The position numbers and the translations under genes are program-made. DNA of 63,893 bases, counting the filler, from Octopus bimaculoides (Eukaryota), in assembly GCF_001194135.2 (NCBI RefSeq). It is 7 parts of 7 records of this genome, joined end to end, with 100 filler letters (N's around TTAATTAATTAA, not from the genome) between each part and the next. Parts side by side here need not be neighbours in the genome. Positions count along the whole stretch, not along the records: positions 35,053 to 56,756 come from NW_026385542.1; positions 56,857 to 61,299 come from NC_068983.1; positions 61,400 to 63,893 come from NC_069002.1; 4 more parts are not named here. The stretch is one strand, 5' to 3'. Below, piece after piece: positions 50,021 to 63,893 of the stretch (its first letter is position 1; the number at the start of each line of letters is the position of its first letter). The notes below the pieces were generated by a model that had not been told where the DNA came from, ran no database searches, and saw only the letters and a list, made by a program, of their open reading frames with translations.

Positions 50021-50995
50021 TTGCGGCAAACTATTTTACCCTCCGTACGATCTGTTTAGAGAGAATAACAAGCGTGTCAGTGCAGTTATAGAGAATAATC
50101 TAGAATTTAAAGGGAATAGCCGAAAAGACGTTGACAAGTGAAACCATCTTGTACAGAGTTTGATTACAGAAAATATCGGATTTCCCGCCTTAAGTATTTT
50201 ATCATCTGTCCCGGGTAAGATTGTGAAGGTAGGGCGGTGAGGACGTGGGGAGGAGTAGAAGTGGGAAAATGAGACGGAGGTGATGAGGGGTAGAGGTGTG
50301 AGTGACTGAGAGAACGGCTGATAAGATACCGAATTTGTGTGATTGTATGCCTGTATTATAATATACACACAAAACAAACACATTATATATTAATATATAT
50401 ATATATTAATATATATATGTATGTATATACATACATATACATATATATTAAATATCCATAGGGTTACATACATACGATTGTATGTGTATACATGTGCACG
50501 TATATTTACATACACACATACACACATATAGGTAAATTGATAAATATAGATATATATACATATTTATATATACATATATACACAAACACACACATATCTA
50601 TATATATATTCACCACCCCCTCTACTACCTCCACGACCACTTCCACTACCAACTCCGCCACCACCTCCCACCATCACCTTCACCACCACCACCACCACCA
50701 CACACGATCGCCACTACCACAGAAGCCAACACTGATAACAACACCAACAAAAGCACTGTCAATACTAATAACAGTCACAACACCACCATTTCCACCATCC
50801 ACAACGCCACCACATTCTCACCACCAATACCAATAACAACAACAACAACATCCGCACAAACACCACAATCATCAGTATCACCATCAGCAACAATTTCACC
50901 ACCACCAGCATCAGCAGCAGCATACCACGGCCACCACCACCACCAATACCACCACATACGTCATACCTAGCACCAACTCTGCCATCCAACTTCGC

Positions 50996-51029
<34 letters not shown>

Positions 51030-52366
51030 GCTGAAAATAGCACCTATTCCAGCACTACTACCACTACAACCACATCCACCACCATCACCAACACCATCAC
51101 CACAACCACCACCACNNNNNNNNNNNNNNNNNNNNNNNNNNNNNNNNNNNNNNNNNNNNNNNNNNNNNNNNNNNNNNNNNNNNNNNNNNNNNNNNNNNNN
51201 NNNNNNNNNNNNNNNNNNNNNNNNNNNNNNNNNNNNNNNNNNNNNNNNNNNNNNNNNNNNNNNNNNNNNNNNNNNNNNNNNNNNNNNNNNNNNNNNNNNN
51301 NNNNNNNNNNNNNNNNNNNNNNNNNNNNNNNNNNNNNNNNNNNNNNNNNNNNNNNNNNNNNNNNNNNNNNNNNNNNNNNNNNNNNNNNNNNNNNNNNNNN
51401 NNNNNNNNNNNNNNNNNNNNNNNNNNNNNNNNNNNNNNNNNNNNNNNNNNNNNNNNNNNNNNNNNNNNNNNNNNNNNNNNNNNNNNNNNNNNNNNNNNNN
51501 NNNNNNNNNNNNNNNNNNNNNNNNNNNNNNNNNNNNNNNNNNNNNNNNNNNNNNNNNNNNNNNNNNNNNNNNNNNNNNNNNNNNNNNNNNNNNNNNNNNN
51601 NNNNNNNNNNNNNNNNNNNNNNNNNNNNNNNNNNNNNNNNNNNNNNNNNNNNNNNNNNNNNNNNNNNNNNNNNNNNNNNNNNNNNNNNNNNNNNNNNNNN
51701 NNNNNNNNNNNNNNNNNNNNNNNNNNNNNNNNNNNNNNNNNNNNNNNNNNNNNNNNNNNNNNNNNNNNNNNNNNNNNNNNNNNNNNNNNNNNNNNNNNNN
51801 NNNNNNNNNNNNNNNNNNNNNNNNNNNNNNNNNNNNNNNNNNNNNNNNNNNNNNNNNNNNNNNNNNNNNNNNNNNNNNNNNNNNNNNNNNNNNNNNNNNN
51901 NNNNNNNNNNNNNNNNNNNNNNNNNNNNNNNNNNNNNNNNNNNNNNNNNNNNNNNNNNNNNNNNNNNNNCCCCCACGGCACCGCACCAAGCCGAGATGGT
52001 TTCTACATTCTGCGCGGGCGCGCACACACACACACACACATACACGTACATATACACATATACACACATACACGCGCACACAAAGACATACACGCATACA
52101 CACAAAGACATACACGCATACACACACAAACACACTTCTCTGGAACGACGCAATGAATGAAGAGACAAACGTGTATTTATGAAATATGCATATATATGCA
52201 TGTGTGTGTGTGTGTGTGTGTGTAAGTGTATGTGAGTCTGTATGTATATATAAAAGATATATATAAACTCATGTATATATATATATATATATATATTTAT
52301 AAATATATGTATACATGTGTGTATGTAGATATATATGTACGTATCTATGTATTTATGTATAACTAG

Positions 52367-52448
<82 letters not shown>

Positions 52449-52468
52449 TTCTATATATAAATATACTT

Positions 52469-52503
<35 letters not shown>

Positions 52504-53159
52504 AATATACTTATATATGTATTTTTACACACATGCTAGCACACGCTAACATACACAAACACACTCAAAAACACACGCCTGTGTGTGTATATACATATAT
52601 ATTTATGCATACATACATATATGCCTACATACATGTGCACATATACATACACACACCTGTGCGTGTTTTCGAATGCCTGTGTACAGTAATATGTGTATGC
52701 ATATACATACATACATGTATGTATGCATGTATACGGAAGAGTAAGCAAAAAGTGTCTGAAGGTGACAACTATACACATACATATTAAAAAAATATGGCCA
52801 CCTCATATCTCTCTCCATCACGCATCGGATTTATTATGAAATTTCGGATTTAGGAATCCACTTATCTCCTCCTCTTTGCTTGTTTATCTGTTTTTGCTCT
52901 TCGAAACAATTTCTTCTTCTCTTTCTACTCCTTCTCTTTTACTCCTTCTTCTTCTCCTCACCTTCGTTCTTCGTATAATATTATTCATCTCGCTTCTTAC
53001 CTCAAACTGAAGAAGATAAAATAGCAATGGACATTTTATTGTTTGTTGTATTTCTTTCGTGCTTGCTCATTAACGCATATATTATTGGGGTTAAATATCT
53101 ACCTATGTTTACGTATGTAATTTATACGTACATACCTGCATATATATATATATATATAT

Positions 53160-53198
<39 letters not shown>

Positions 53199-53199
53199 C

Positions 53200-53385
53200 C
53201 AGAGTAAGCTCATAAATGTGAAACAAGGTGGAAAAAGTAGTACTCGAATACCAGAGGTAGAGTAATATGCTTTATTAAAAAGCAGCAAAGCTATCACAAA
53301 ACTGTTACTCAGAGTTTCACGACGAACAAAACATGAAACTCTGAGTAACAGTTTTTGTGATTTTTCTGCTGCATTTCAATAATAT
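53200..53385. mobile_element. Palindromic repeat remnant formed by two inverted hammerhead-like halves (possible Penelope-like pLTR remnant)
   Basis: Perfect 22-bp inverted repeat 53298-53319 / 53334-53355, extending imperfectly to ~53273-53383. The plus strand reads CGACGA-ACAAAACAT-GAAACTCTGAGTA-ACAGTT. Confidence 0.55.
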
Positions 53386-53935
53386 ATATATATGTATAAA
53401 TATATATGCATAGGTGAGTTTATGTGTGTTGTATCTTTTACTATTTTCGGTCGTTTGACTACGGCCATGCTGGGGCACCGCCTTGAAGGGTTTTAGTCGA
53501 AGAAATCTCTCCGGATATTTTTTTAAAGCCTTGTACTTATTCTAACGGTCTCTTTTGTCGAACCGTTATATTACCATTCGGTCTCGTGATCCCGTCGTTT
53601 GCTGAAGTGTGGTAAGGGTTCTCTCTTCTGATTGCAATATATACAGGGTGTAGGCTGCACCTGTAACCAGCTGGCGGAAGATTTGCCTGGGGTTAAAAAT
53701 TTAAATAAAATTTAATAATCTAAATTTTGGCAAAAAAAAACGAAATTATGATATGAAGGTGTCAGTTGTTTATATTAACCTCACTACTTAAAGGGTACTT
53801 TATTTTATCGACCCATAAGACGATGAAAACCAAAAGGGACCTCCCCGGAATAAATTTGAACTCAGAACACGAAGAGGGACAAAATATCGCGAGGCAATTT
53901 GCTCTGTGTGCTATCGATTATGCCACCTCGACTAC

Positions 53936-53939
<4 letters not shown>

Positions 53940-54027
<88 letters not shown>

Positions 54028-54303
54028 AAGAAGAAGAAGAAGAAGAAGAAAAGGAGGTGGAGGAGGAGGAGAACATAAGGAAAGCACTAAGAACCAACTT
54101 CAAGTGATGACATACATGTTGACTACGATGAGAGTGACGATGGTGGTGATGATGACGAGGAGGAGAAGGAGGAGGAGGAAGAGGAGGAGACAAGCACTGA
54201 GGGCTGACGATGATTGTGATGATGATGATGACAACGAGGAGCAAATGGATGACGACAATGGTAATGACAACGATTATGACGATGATGATATTGATGATGA
54301 CGG

Positions 54304-54351
<48 letters not shown>

Positions 54352-54380
54352 CGATGACGATAATTATGATGATGATGATG
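53940..54380. repeat. (AAT)n-(AAG)n-(GAT)n compound microsatellite
   Basis: Direct read; source of the poly-I/R/D ORF at 53906. Confidence 0.95.
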
Positions 54381-55218
54381 ATGATGGTCAGAAGAAGAAG
54401 AAGAGTAATGGGAAGGACAAAGAGGTGAATGACGGCGGTAATGGCTGTTAACAACGATTTGAATTTCACGAAGGCTGGAAATAACAAAGAAAAGAAAGAC
54501 TAAAACAGAAATAACTAAATAACAAGAATATATGGTGATATGTTAATAAATAAATAAATAAATAAATAAATAAGGCAAAGATGAACGAAAGAAAGAAAGA
54601 AGGAAGGAAGAAAGAAAGAGAAAAAAGGAAGGAAAAAGCTGAAGAGGAAATATGAACTGATGAAAAAGAGCTCTGCGTTGACGTTGATATTTTTAAAAGT
54701 GGCTTCTGGACAGTGTAATGTCCAGCTGCGATTCCTTTTACAATGTTGCTCTGGCGAATAGCTTAAGCCAGTAGGCGCCCTCTTACTTTGGCTGAAATAT
54801 GCAAGAAGTCGGCGCTACAAAAATGGTCGACTTCGATAGCTGTATTATTCACTTCGAATGTATCATGCCTTCAGCTAAGATGCGAAGCGAGAGAACGGAA
54901 AGGACGAGTGGAAAAAAAAAACGAAGGAAAAGAAACAGAAATAATCTAAAATGAAATGCACTGACGATATACGAATTGCAAAAATCATTGTTGTTGTTGT
55001 TCCAGTTGTTGTTGCTGTTGCTGCTTGCGTCTCTTTTCCTTAATTGATTCACGCAAACAAGTTTTTCACGTCTGTGTCCACTAAGCGCTAACATACGGTA
55101 CTAATACGTGTAGATATATTTTTCTGCCTATCTACCTATTATCTATCTATCTATCCATCTATCTATCTATCTATCTATTTATCTACTTCTCTCTCTCTCT
55201 CTCTCCTTCTCTCTTTCT

Positions 55219-55275
<57 letters not shown>

Positions 55276-55657
55276 CGAGACATACACACTTCACGTCTGG
55301 CTGTACAGCCTTTTTGTTTGTTTATTTCACCGTTTCGTTTTCCTGTCTTGTTTTCCGTCCGCCACTACGCTCCCTCCACGAAAACAATTTAATTTGTGTT
55401 CGTGGGAAGAACCATTTTAACGATGCGTACTGCCTTAATTCTTCGAAACGCCGGAGTTTTAATGGTGGCAGCTGATGAAGGGGATGTTTCTATGTGGCCT
55501 GCTTGTTTGTTGCACCTTCTTTACCATTTTTGTCCTTGTTCTTTTGCCACGTCATGTACCCAGTTATGTATCTATATGTACATGTGGATGAACGTATATA
55601 CATACATGTACATATATATGCATATACTCATATATTGTTTGTATATATATATATATA

Positions 55658-56160
55658 TATGGGATGCGATAGGTAAATTGTCGCCATTTTATATTTTTAA
55701 TTTCGTGCATGCACATTGCTTGTTTTTAATTTTGTCGACTATACAGTATAGTAAGGTCAGTTCGGCACCGTCTGTGAGAAAAACAGCACCATGACGCAAT
55801 TCATTCAGCTAGAAATTTGGAAACGACACGGTGTACTCTTTGGAATTCGCATCAAAAGCTCCAATATGAATATTTCAGTGTTTGGGTGTCAATCTGAGGA
55901 CAGTGCAATCTGAGGACATGTACCAAGAGTGATAAAAATCAAACATCCAGTCAACATCATGGTATTTGGAGTGATCACTAGTGATGGCGATGTTATACCT
56001 CCGTTCATCTTCCCCGACGGCCTCAGACTCAACATGGAGGCCACTATCAACTGCCTGGAGGAGGTAGTGTTGCCCTGGGTCAAGAGAGTGGCTGCTGGAA
56101 GACCCTACGTCTGGCAACAGGATTCTGCACCATACCACAGAAGCAGGAGAAACCAGTCAT
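55658..56160 (+). mobile_element. maT/Tc1-type transposon remnant, copy 1 (3'-truncated)
   Basis: KHPVNIMVFGVITSDGDVIPPFIFPDGLRLN...LEEVVLPWV..RPYVWQQDSAPYH. The 5' end resembles copy 2. Cut off by (GAA)n at 56161. Confidence 0.85.
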
Positions 56161-56252
56161 GAAGAAGAAGAAGAAGAAGAAGAAGAAGAAGAAGAAGAAG
56201 AAGAAGAAGAAGAAGAAGAAGAAGAAGAAGAAGAAGAAGAAGAAGAAGAAGA
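56161..56252. repeat. (GAA)n microsatellite
   Basis: Direct read. Confidence 0.95.
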
Positions 56253-56415
56253 NNNNNNNNNNNNNNNNNNNNNNNNNNNNNNNNNNNNNNNNNNNNNNNN
56301 NNNNNNNNNNNNNNNNNNNNNNNNNNNNNNNNNNNNNNNNNNTAATAATAATAATAATAACAATAATAATAATAATAATAACAATAATAACAATAATAAT
56401 AATAATAATAATAAC

Positions 56416-56453
<38 letters not shown>

Positions 56454-56887
56454 TAATAATAATAATTCAATACATGGTTTCGGTGTCTTCATTTAAGTAA
56501 GGTGTCAAAGAACGTCTGATAATAGATGAAGATGAGTGCTAAGGTAGGGGGTTCCGTTTTATAGAAGCACAGGTCAATAAAAAGCTGTAATAGGATTGAG
56601 GGTTAGTCTTTACCACAAGAACGTCTGTTGGCAATAAGAGAAATTTAACGTACTCACACACACTTAGGCATACGCATTTATGAATACATACACGTATTCA
56701 CAGATAGATGTATATGTAACTACGTACCTCTATGTATGTATGTATATATATATATANNNNNNNNNNNNNNNNNNNNNNNNNNNNNNNNNNNNNNNNNNNN
56801 TTAATTAATTAANNNNNNNNNNNNNNNNNNNNNNNNNNNNNNNNNNNNNNNNNNNNCAGTCAGATGGATAGATAGATAGATAGATAT

Positions 56888-56936
<49 letters not shown>

Positions 56937-57096
56937 GAAATGGATGTAGATATATTTCCTTTGTTCTTTATCAACAGCCTAATACTGTTTTTGTAAAATC
57001 TAGCACTTTTTTCGTACCCTCTGACATTGCCGAACCGCTAAGTTATAATGTCAGAAGCAAAGCGTTGAGACACAATCAGAACACGCGCGCGTGCTA

Positions 57097-57127
<31 letters not shown>

Positions 57128-57240
57128 GCATGCATGTGCGTTGGTGTGTTTGTGTATCCGTGTGTATGTATGTATAAATACATGCATATATGCATGTATA
57201 ATGCATACACACACACGCACACACATATACATTTATATAT

Positions 57241-57272
<32 letters not shown>

Positions 57273-57777
57273 GCATGCATATATATATGTATGTACGTAT
57301 GTATATATGTATGTATGTATATATTCATGTTTGTTTTTATCATCTATAATATAAACAATTTTATATTAATCTGATGGGTTACTCTATACATTTGAGAGTA
57401 CAAATTTATAATTCTTATACAAGAACGCTGTTCACAGGGATTTCGACGACGGGTTGGCAGGCCGAAACTTTGAAGTCATTGTCAACAACATTCTTGTTTG
57501 AGAAATATGTATGTATATATATATATATATATTATAGAAAACTAAGTTAAATATAATAGTAAAAAATATTTTAACTATTAGTGCATTTTCAACTCCCATT
57601 TTTTGTATANNNNNNNNNNNNNNNNNNNNNNNNNNNNNNNNNNNNNNNNNNNNNNNNNNNNNNNNNNNNNNNNNNNNNNNNNNNNNNNNNNNNNNNNNNN
57701 NNNNNNNNNNNNNNNNNNNNNNNNNNNNNNNNNNNNNNNNNNNNNNNNNNNNNNNNNNNNNNNNNNNNNNNTATATA

Positions 57778-58660
57778 TACAAGGTGCGATGAGTAAATTG
57801 TCGCCATTTTATACTTTTAATTTCGTGTATGCGCATCATTTGTTCTTGATTTTGTCGACTACACAGTATAGTAAGTTGAGTTAGGCACCGTCTGGTAGGA
57901 AAACAGCACGATGATACAATTCACTCTGCCAGAATTTTGAAAACATGCTCTGCTGCTTGGCATTGGCACCAGAGGCTCCAATACGAACATTTCAGTGTGT
58001 CTCTGTGTCAATCTGAGGACAGTGCAATCTGAGGACATGCATCGAAAGTGCTATAAATCAAACATCCAGTCATCATAGTGTCTGAAGTGATCACTAATGA
58101 TGGCGACGTTATACCTCCATTCATCTTCCCATACGGACTCAACCCAGACTCAACACAGTGGCCTACATCAAGTGCACGGGGGAGGAAGTGCTGCTCAGGG
58201 TAAAGAGGGTGGCTGCTTGAAGACCCTATGTCTAGCAATAGGATTTTGCGCCATGCCACATAAGCAGGAGAACCCAGTCATGGCTGTCAGACAATTTCAT
58301 CGACCACATCACACCTAACATCTGGCGACCTATTTCCCCAGACTGCAACCCCCTTCATTATTATGTGTGGGGCACAGTTGAGTGAGAGACCAACAAAACT
58401 CCGGGTAACATCAAGGATGAACTGAATGCAACGATTATGGCAGCATTCACCAACAAGGAAACTGTCCAGAAGAGTTATAGGAGATTCCAAAGTCGTCTGG
58501 AAGCCGTGGTTGAGGCCAATGGCGATTTCATTGAAATAATTTACTCTTTAGTATTTCAAGATATTTTCATGTAATTTTGCTAAATGTATTCGCTAAAATG
58601 AGATGTCAAGTGTTATTTTCATTTTTGCGTTATTTTGACGACAGTTTATTCACCTACATT
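57778..58660 (+). mobile_element. maT (DD37D-like) transposon remnant, copy 2
   Basis: Same 5' region as copy 1. C-terminus WRPISPDCNPLHYYVWGTVE*ETNKTPGNIKDELNATIMAAF..RRFQSRLEAVVEANGDFIE, resembling the maT SPDLNPLDY motif with D changed to H. Degenerate TIR near 58635-58660. Confidence 0.85.
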
Positions 58661-59136
58661 CAATACTTTATTTCATGGTGCCATCCATTTTTATTTTATT
58701 TTATTTTATATTATATATTGTATATTCCATATTCTATATCCCACATTGGTTCTGCAGGAATATAAATAAAACATAAAAAACAGACAGTGTTGGAACTCTT
58801 TTAAACAAAATAATATATTCCTCTATACACAATCATACAAAAAAAACAACCTTTTTTGTATTTATTTTTACTCGCATATATATATATATATATATATATA
58901 NNNNNNNNNNNNNNNNNNNNNNNNNNNNNNNNNNNNNNNNNNNNNNNNNNNNNNNNNNNNNNNNNNNNNNNNNNNNNNNNNNNNNNNNNNNNNNNNNNNN
59001 NNNNNNNNNNNNNNNNNNNNNNNNNNNNNNNNNNNNNNNNNNNNNATATATATAACGATAAGGTCGTTATTTAAATTACCGATCATATCAGGTGACTAGC
59101 ATGGGAATAAAAACCTCATAGGTATTAGCTATTATT

Positions 59137-59509
59137 AAAATTATAATTAACGGTATCTAAGAGATACCACCATGCTAGATATAGCTGAATATGTGTGTGT
59201 ATATGTGAAACTGTGTCCATATGTCGATGGGTATGTGAACGCACGTGTTGTTTTAGATCCTATTAGCACTGTTTGAGCTGAACTATAATAAGATATTCCA
59301 TCAGAAACCATCACGTCTTTCTATAAATATATTGTACTAAGATCTTCTAAAACCACATTAAATGTTCATACAGCACCGGGAGAGAAGACAATGAGACAAA
59401 TTAAACTAGCAACTGGTGCTGTATGAACATTTAATGTGGTTTTAGAGTCAAGTTTTGACTGCTATATCTAGCATAGTGGTTTCTCTTAGATACCCTTAAT
59501 TATAATTTT
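59137..59509. mobile_element. MITE-like element with 49-bp TIRs and an internal 32-bp perfect hairpin
   Basis: Outer arms 59137-59185 / 59461-59509 (46/49 complementary) in TA context. Inner arms 59346-59377 / 59415-59446 are perfect. Confidence 0.8.
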
Positions 59510-61245
59510 ATATATATATATATATGTATAACAGAAGGTTTGGAGGTGATGTACAGGAATTATATATTAGAAAAAATAATCAGGTACTCAGATATCTGGA
59601 TGGTTGTACATTTACAGACTTTTATTGATATGTAACACGTTTTATAATCATATGTTAGCGCTTGCATCTATTCTAGTAGACTCTCCAGATTTAATTTTTC
59701 TTGAGAGGATTTGTCTCTTTTTATAGTATTATTGAATGTGTAGGGGTGGAGAGAGATGTATAGGATAGTAAAAGAGGTGAGGAATGGCGAGAAAGTGAGA
59801 GAGAGTGTCAATGGGAAAGAGAAGGAATGAAAGAAGGAAGACTGAAAGAAGAAAGAAAATTATGTTTACAGCTGGTCAATTCTTTCAATAGCAGATGACA
59901 GGCTTATTCTTGGCCTTTAAAAATGGCAAAACCAGGTGGCTATTTAAGTGGGGGGCATTGTTTGGAAAAAAGTTATTTTTCAAAAAGTTGTCATCATTGT
60001 CCAGTGAGAGAGAGCGGGTGTGTTTTTGTGTGTGTATGTGTGTGTGCGTGCGTGCGTGTGTGTGTGTGTGTGNNNNNNNNNNNNNNNNNNNNNNNNNNNN
60101 NNNNNNNNNNNNNNNNNNNNNNNNNNNNNNNNNNNNNNNNNNNNNNNNNNNNNNNNNNNNNNNNNNNNNNNNNNNNNNNNNNNNNNNNNNNNNNNNNNNN
60201 NNNNNNNNNNNNNNNNNNNNNNNNNNNNNNNNNNNNNNNNNNNNNCTGAAAGGAGTGAGGTAGCTAAATATTGGTAAGTTCATTTTGTTATAGGCATGGA
60301 TCAAAAATAAATATAAAATATCATTTCTGTAGTCATTTACGAATATAAATTGGCAAATGGTGCCATTGTTTTAGATACTGAAATAAAAAGTTCTAAAATA
60401 GTTTCGGATTCACTTTTAGGATCAAATCCGTTATGGAATAAAAATACAAATAAATATAATTACAAAGATAGAGAAAGTATATGTGAAGGTATGAAAATAC
60501 AAAGATAGGGAAGTATGTGAAAGGATGAAAATTGTTGGTGAAATATAAAAAAAAAATTATAAATACATATATATATATAGATAGATAGATAGATATATAC
60601 ACATATATATACACATATATATACACACATATATATATATATACATATATATTCATGTATGTATGTATATAAGTATGTATATATGTATTTATGTATGTAT
60701 ATATAATCTGGACAGGTACCTATTTTGTACTCGGGTATAATCCAGGTTCTAGCTTACTACATCGAATGATAGAGAACATCATGATCTTGCTAATTGGTTC
60801 TTCGACTAATTATATAATTCATCTATTCCCTTTGATTCTAAAGGGTCACTCTAGGTCTAAATGATACCAGAATATATAGCCATATCGTATTTCACAGCAA
60901 TCTCTACAGTCATATACATTGAGCTTTTATCCGCCGACCCCCATCCTATCCCTTCCACCTGAATTATGTTCTGAGGAGAACTATCAAAGACTGAATTATT
61001 CAGTTCGCTTCATCCACCTGCATGGGTACAACCTTGAATAACACTGCGTAGATATGTCTATCCTGGGTGAATATATACTTCAACTGTAACAACTGATTGC
61101 GCATACATACTATATCAAGAGATATTAGGACATTTATGCAGCAGAAACACGTGTCGGGACTGAAATCTAACGTGAATGTCATGTGAAGAATACTTTGATA
61201 CAGAACTTATGAAGAAGTATAATTCCCCATTCTTGTATGTGAGTG

Positions 61246-61299
<54 letters not shown>

Positions 61300-62344
61300 N
61301 NNNNNNNNNNNNNNNNNNNNNNNNNNNNNNNNNNNNNNNNNNNTTAATTAATTAANNNNNNNNNNNNNNNNNNNNNNNNNNNNNNNNNNNNNNNNNNNNC
61401 CTGTCTCCCTCCTCCTCCCTGTCCTCCTCCTCCCCGTCCTCCTCCTCATCAAGTTTATTATAACAATGTCATTGCCACCATTACCATAATTATTCTCGGC
61501 AAGGATGCTGTTGTTGTTGTTGTTGTTGTAGTGGTGGTGGTAATGTTGCTTGCGGTTGTTATGCTGATGTTTGTATTGTGGTGTTTTTCGTTCTAGTTTT
61601 GCACGTAGTTGTGGTTGTGCTGTGTTTGTGATGTTGGTAATAGTAGTAGTAGTAGTAGTAGTAGCAGTAGCAATGGTAGTAGTAATAGTAGTAGTAGCAA
61701 TGATAGTAGTAGTAGTAGTAGTAGTAGCAATGGTAGTAGTAGTAGTAGTAGTAGTAGTTATTGTGTTGCATCTATGGTGACGGTAGTGGTTATGGTTCTG
61801 TTGTAACTAAGGCGATGATAGTTCTATGGTGTTAATTATATGTCTATGGGAGTGTTGGAAATGGTCGCTGTTGTATTGGTGTTTTAGCGACGGTTGTATC
61901 GGTGGTTGTAGCTATTATATTAGTAATGTTTGTCCGAGCAGTGTATCGGCTATATTGCTAGTGGTAGCTGTTAAAATATTTGTTTTTAGTACATTGAACA
62001 ATTTTGAATTCTGTTGCCATGGATGGTTAAGCTGCAAAAAGATGACGTCACAACAGTCGTCATTTTCCCATGTTTTCACACAAACACACATACACACATA
62101 CTGTCTTTCTCTCTCACTCACACACACACATAGCCACATGAGCATACGCACTGACCATACTCTATGAGGACAAACACCATAATCCCACATCTCTTGCAGC
62201 ACCTCTTCTGGCGCCTCTTCCGGCTCGCATAACATTTCTGCTAATGTTGACGGGAATACACAAACAGACTCTGCATTTATAAATATGTGATATAAAAATA
62301 ATAACTCCTATTATAAATATTATTAAATATATGCGCGTGTCAAT

Positions 62345-62375
<31 letters not shown>

Positions 62376-62418
62376 GACAGAGAGAGAAATATATCATATA
62401 AGGATTAGNNNNNNNNNN

Positions 62419-62456
<38 letters not shown>

Positions 62457-62998
62457 GACAGAGAGAGAAATATATCATATAAGGATTAGTTATATAATAA
62501 ATATTCTCTTTCTTAATGAGACCTCACAGTGGTGGCGAATGAATTGGTAGGATTATTCTTTCTCGGTTCCCTTCAACGTTACCAATTCTAGATGCGTGTG
62601 AAAATCAAAGAGGAGCATGGAGAGATTTTAGCGTAAGCTATGCGAACAACTTGCACAAAGCACTCACCGGGCGCTCTAACGAGTTGGTCAATTCACTACT
62701 TTTTATCGTTTCACACAACAACATTCTGGTTCCGAACCTACGAATTGAAATAGCATCGACAGCCCTTACAAGAATTGAACCCGGCACAGTAAGCGAAAGA
62801 ACCGCCTGTTAATTTTGTATCGTTGCAGGTAGGAACTGAGACGAACTGTTCTATTTATAGATATGGCAATTAGAGGGCAACAACAACATTGTCTACAGGT
62901 TAGCTGAGATAGAGATAGAGACTGGTTAATTACATTTCTGACGGTAATAATGACAAGGAGGGGTTTTCTCGCGAATATACATCTACGTAATACAGACA

Positions 62999-63074
<76 letters not shown>

Positions 63075-63810
63075 CTACACATTCGGTGCAATCTTTCCTC
63101 TCCACCATATTCCATATTCTAAGACCTAATCAATCCGAAATTTTAACGGAAACAAAGCTTACAATGCTATGCCGTGGAATCGAACTCAGAACCAAGAGGA
63201 AGCGAATGTGCCAACTACGTGGCTATAGCTGCCCAGGAGGAAAATTTATTGCTCACCGCCTTAATTTTATGAAATATTAGTTATATATTTGTATTACAGT
63301 TTCTAATTATTCTGAGAAAGGAACATTTGGCCTCCCAACTAGATTACTGCCAAGTCTTTTTCTTGATGTTATTGTTCTTGGGTCAACTAGCTTGACAGGA
63401 ATTTCTGGGGATTGCCTTGGTAAAATTATGTTAGCAAAAGTTTTTGGATACATCTGATATCATAATCAATGCAATGTGGACCAATTTGTATATTGCAATA
63501 TTGACTGATTATATCCAAGGTGGCTGGCATAATAGAAACACGTGTTGGCGTTTTGCATGGTGTTATCCGTTAATAAAGATGTATTAGTATTCATTCTATT
63601 GAATGCCTTTTTAATATACATTGGGATTTTTTCGAGATTCTACTCAGCGAGATTTCTATTTACTTATCGGACTAGGAATAGAACAGGGGATGTAAATTCC
63701 TCTTGGGATTAATGAAATACGATTGATCGATAATGTAGTTAGACGAACTTCAATAGCCACAGAGTGCTTACAATGTATCTGCCTGGATTTGTGAATCCCT
63801 ATTACTCATT

Positions 63811-63845
<35 letters not shown>

Positions 63846-63857
63846 AATATATATATT

Positions 63858-63893
<36 letters not shown>

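Noticed and set aside
60700-61230. Unique-looking segment as a coding exon or Penelope fragment
   Set aside because: All frames tried contain stops and no recognisable motif; needs BLASTx.
62345-62489. Direct duplication of GAGGGTAGACAGAGAGAGAAATATATCATATAAGGATTAG
   Set aside because: The copies flank a 10-N gap; typical unmerged contig overlap.
63290-63790. Unique-looking segment as a minus-strand coding remnant
   Set aside because: Short open stretches only; no convincing RT, GIY-YIG or calpain motif.

Overview
AT-rich, microsatellite-dense eukaryotic draft-scaffold DNA with many N gaps. The SINE/LINE families look like those of a coleoid cephalopod, probably Octopus (from recall, not verified by search). 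Only one host-gene exon is recognisable: a 132-bp calpain-5/TRA-3-like exon with the catalytic Cys (1410-1541, +), absent from the ORF track. The rest is repeats: three mariner remnants, two maT/Tc1-type remnants, a 5'-truncated RTE LINE, an R4/Dong LINE plus two further R4-type 3' ends, two abundant tRNA-derived SINE families, several MITE/foldback elements and simple repeats. Most ORF-track entries are microsatellite or N artefacts; the few meaningful ones are transposon fragments. Main observations: (1) a degenerate ~165-bp tandem array with a hammerhead-ribozyme-like core in each unit (49.4-50.0 kb); (2) a second hammerhead-bearing repeat family reconstructable from remnants at 46.3 and 53.3 kb; (3) CpG decay in same-family SINEs switches at artificial TTAATTAATTAA scaffold joins. 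No intact novel protein-coding system was found, and no ribozyme copy here is intact. Repeat boundaries were set by eye and are approximate unless TIR/TSD positions are given.
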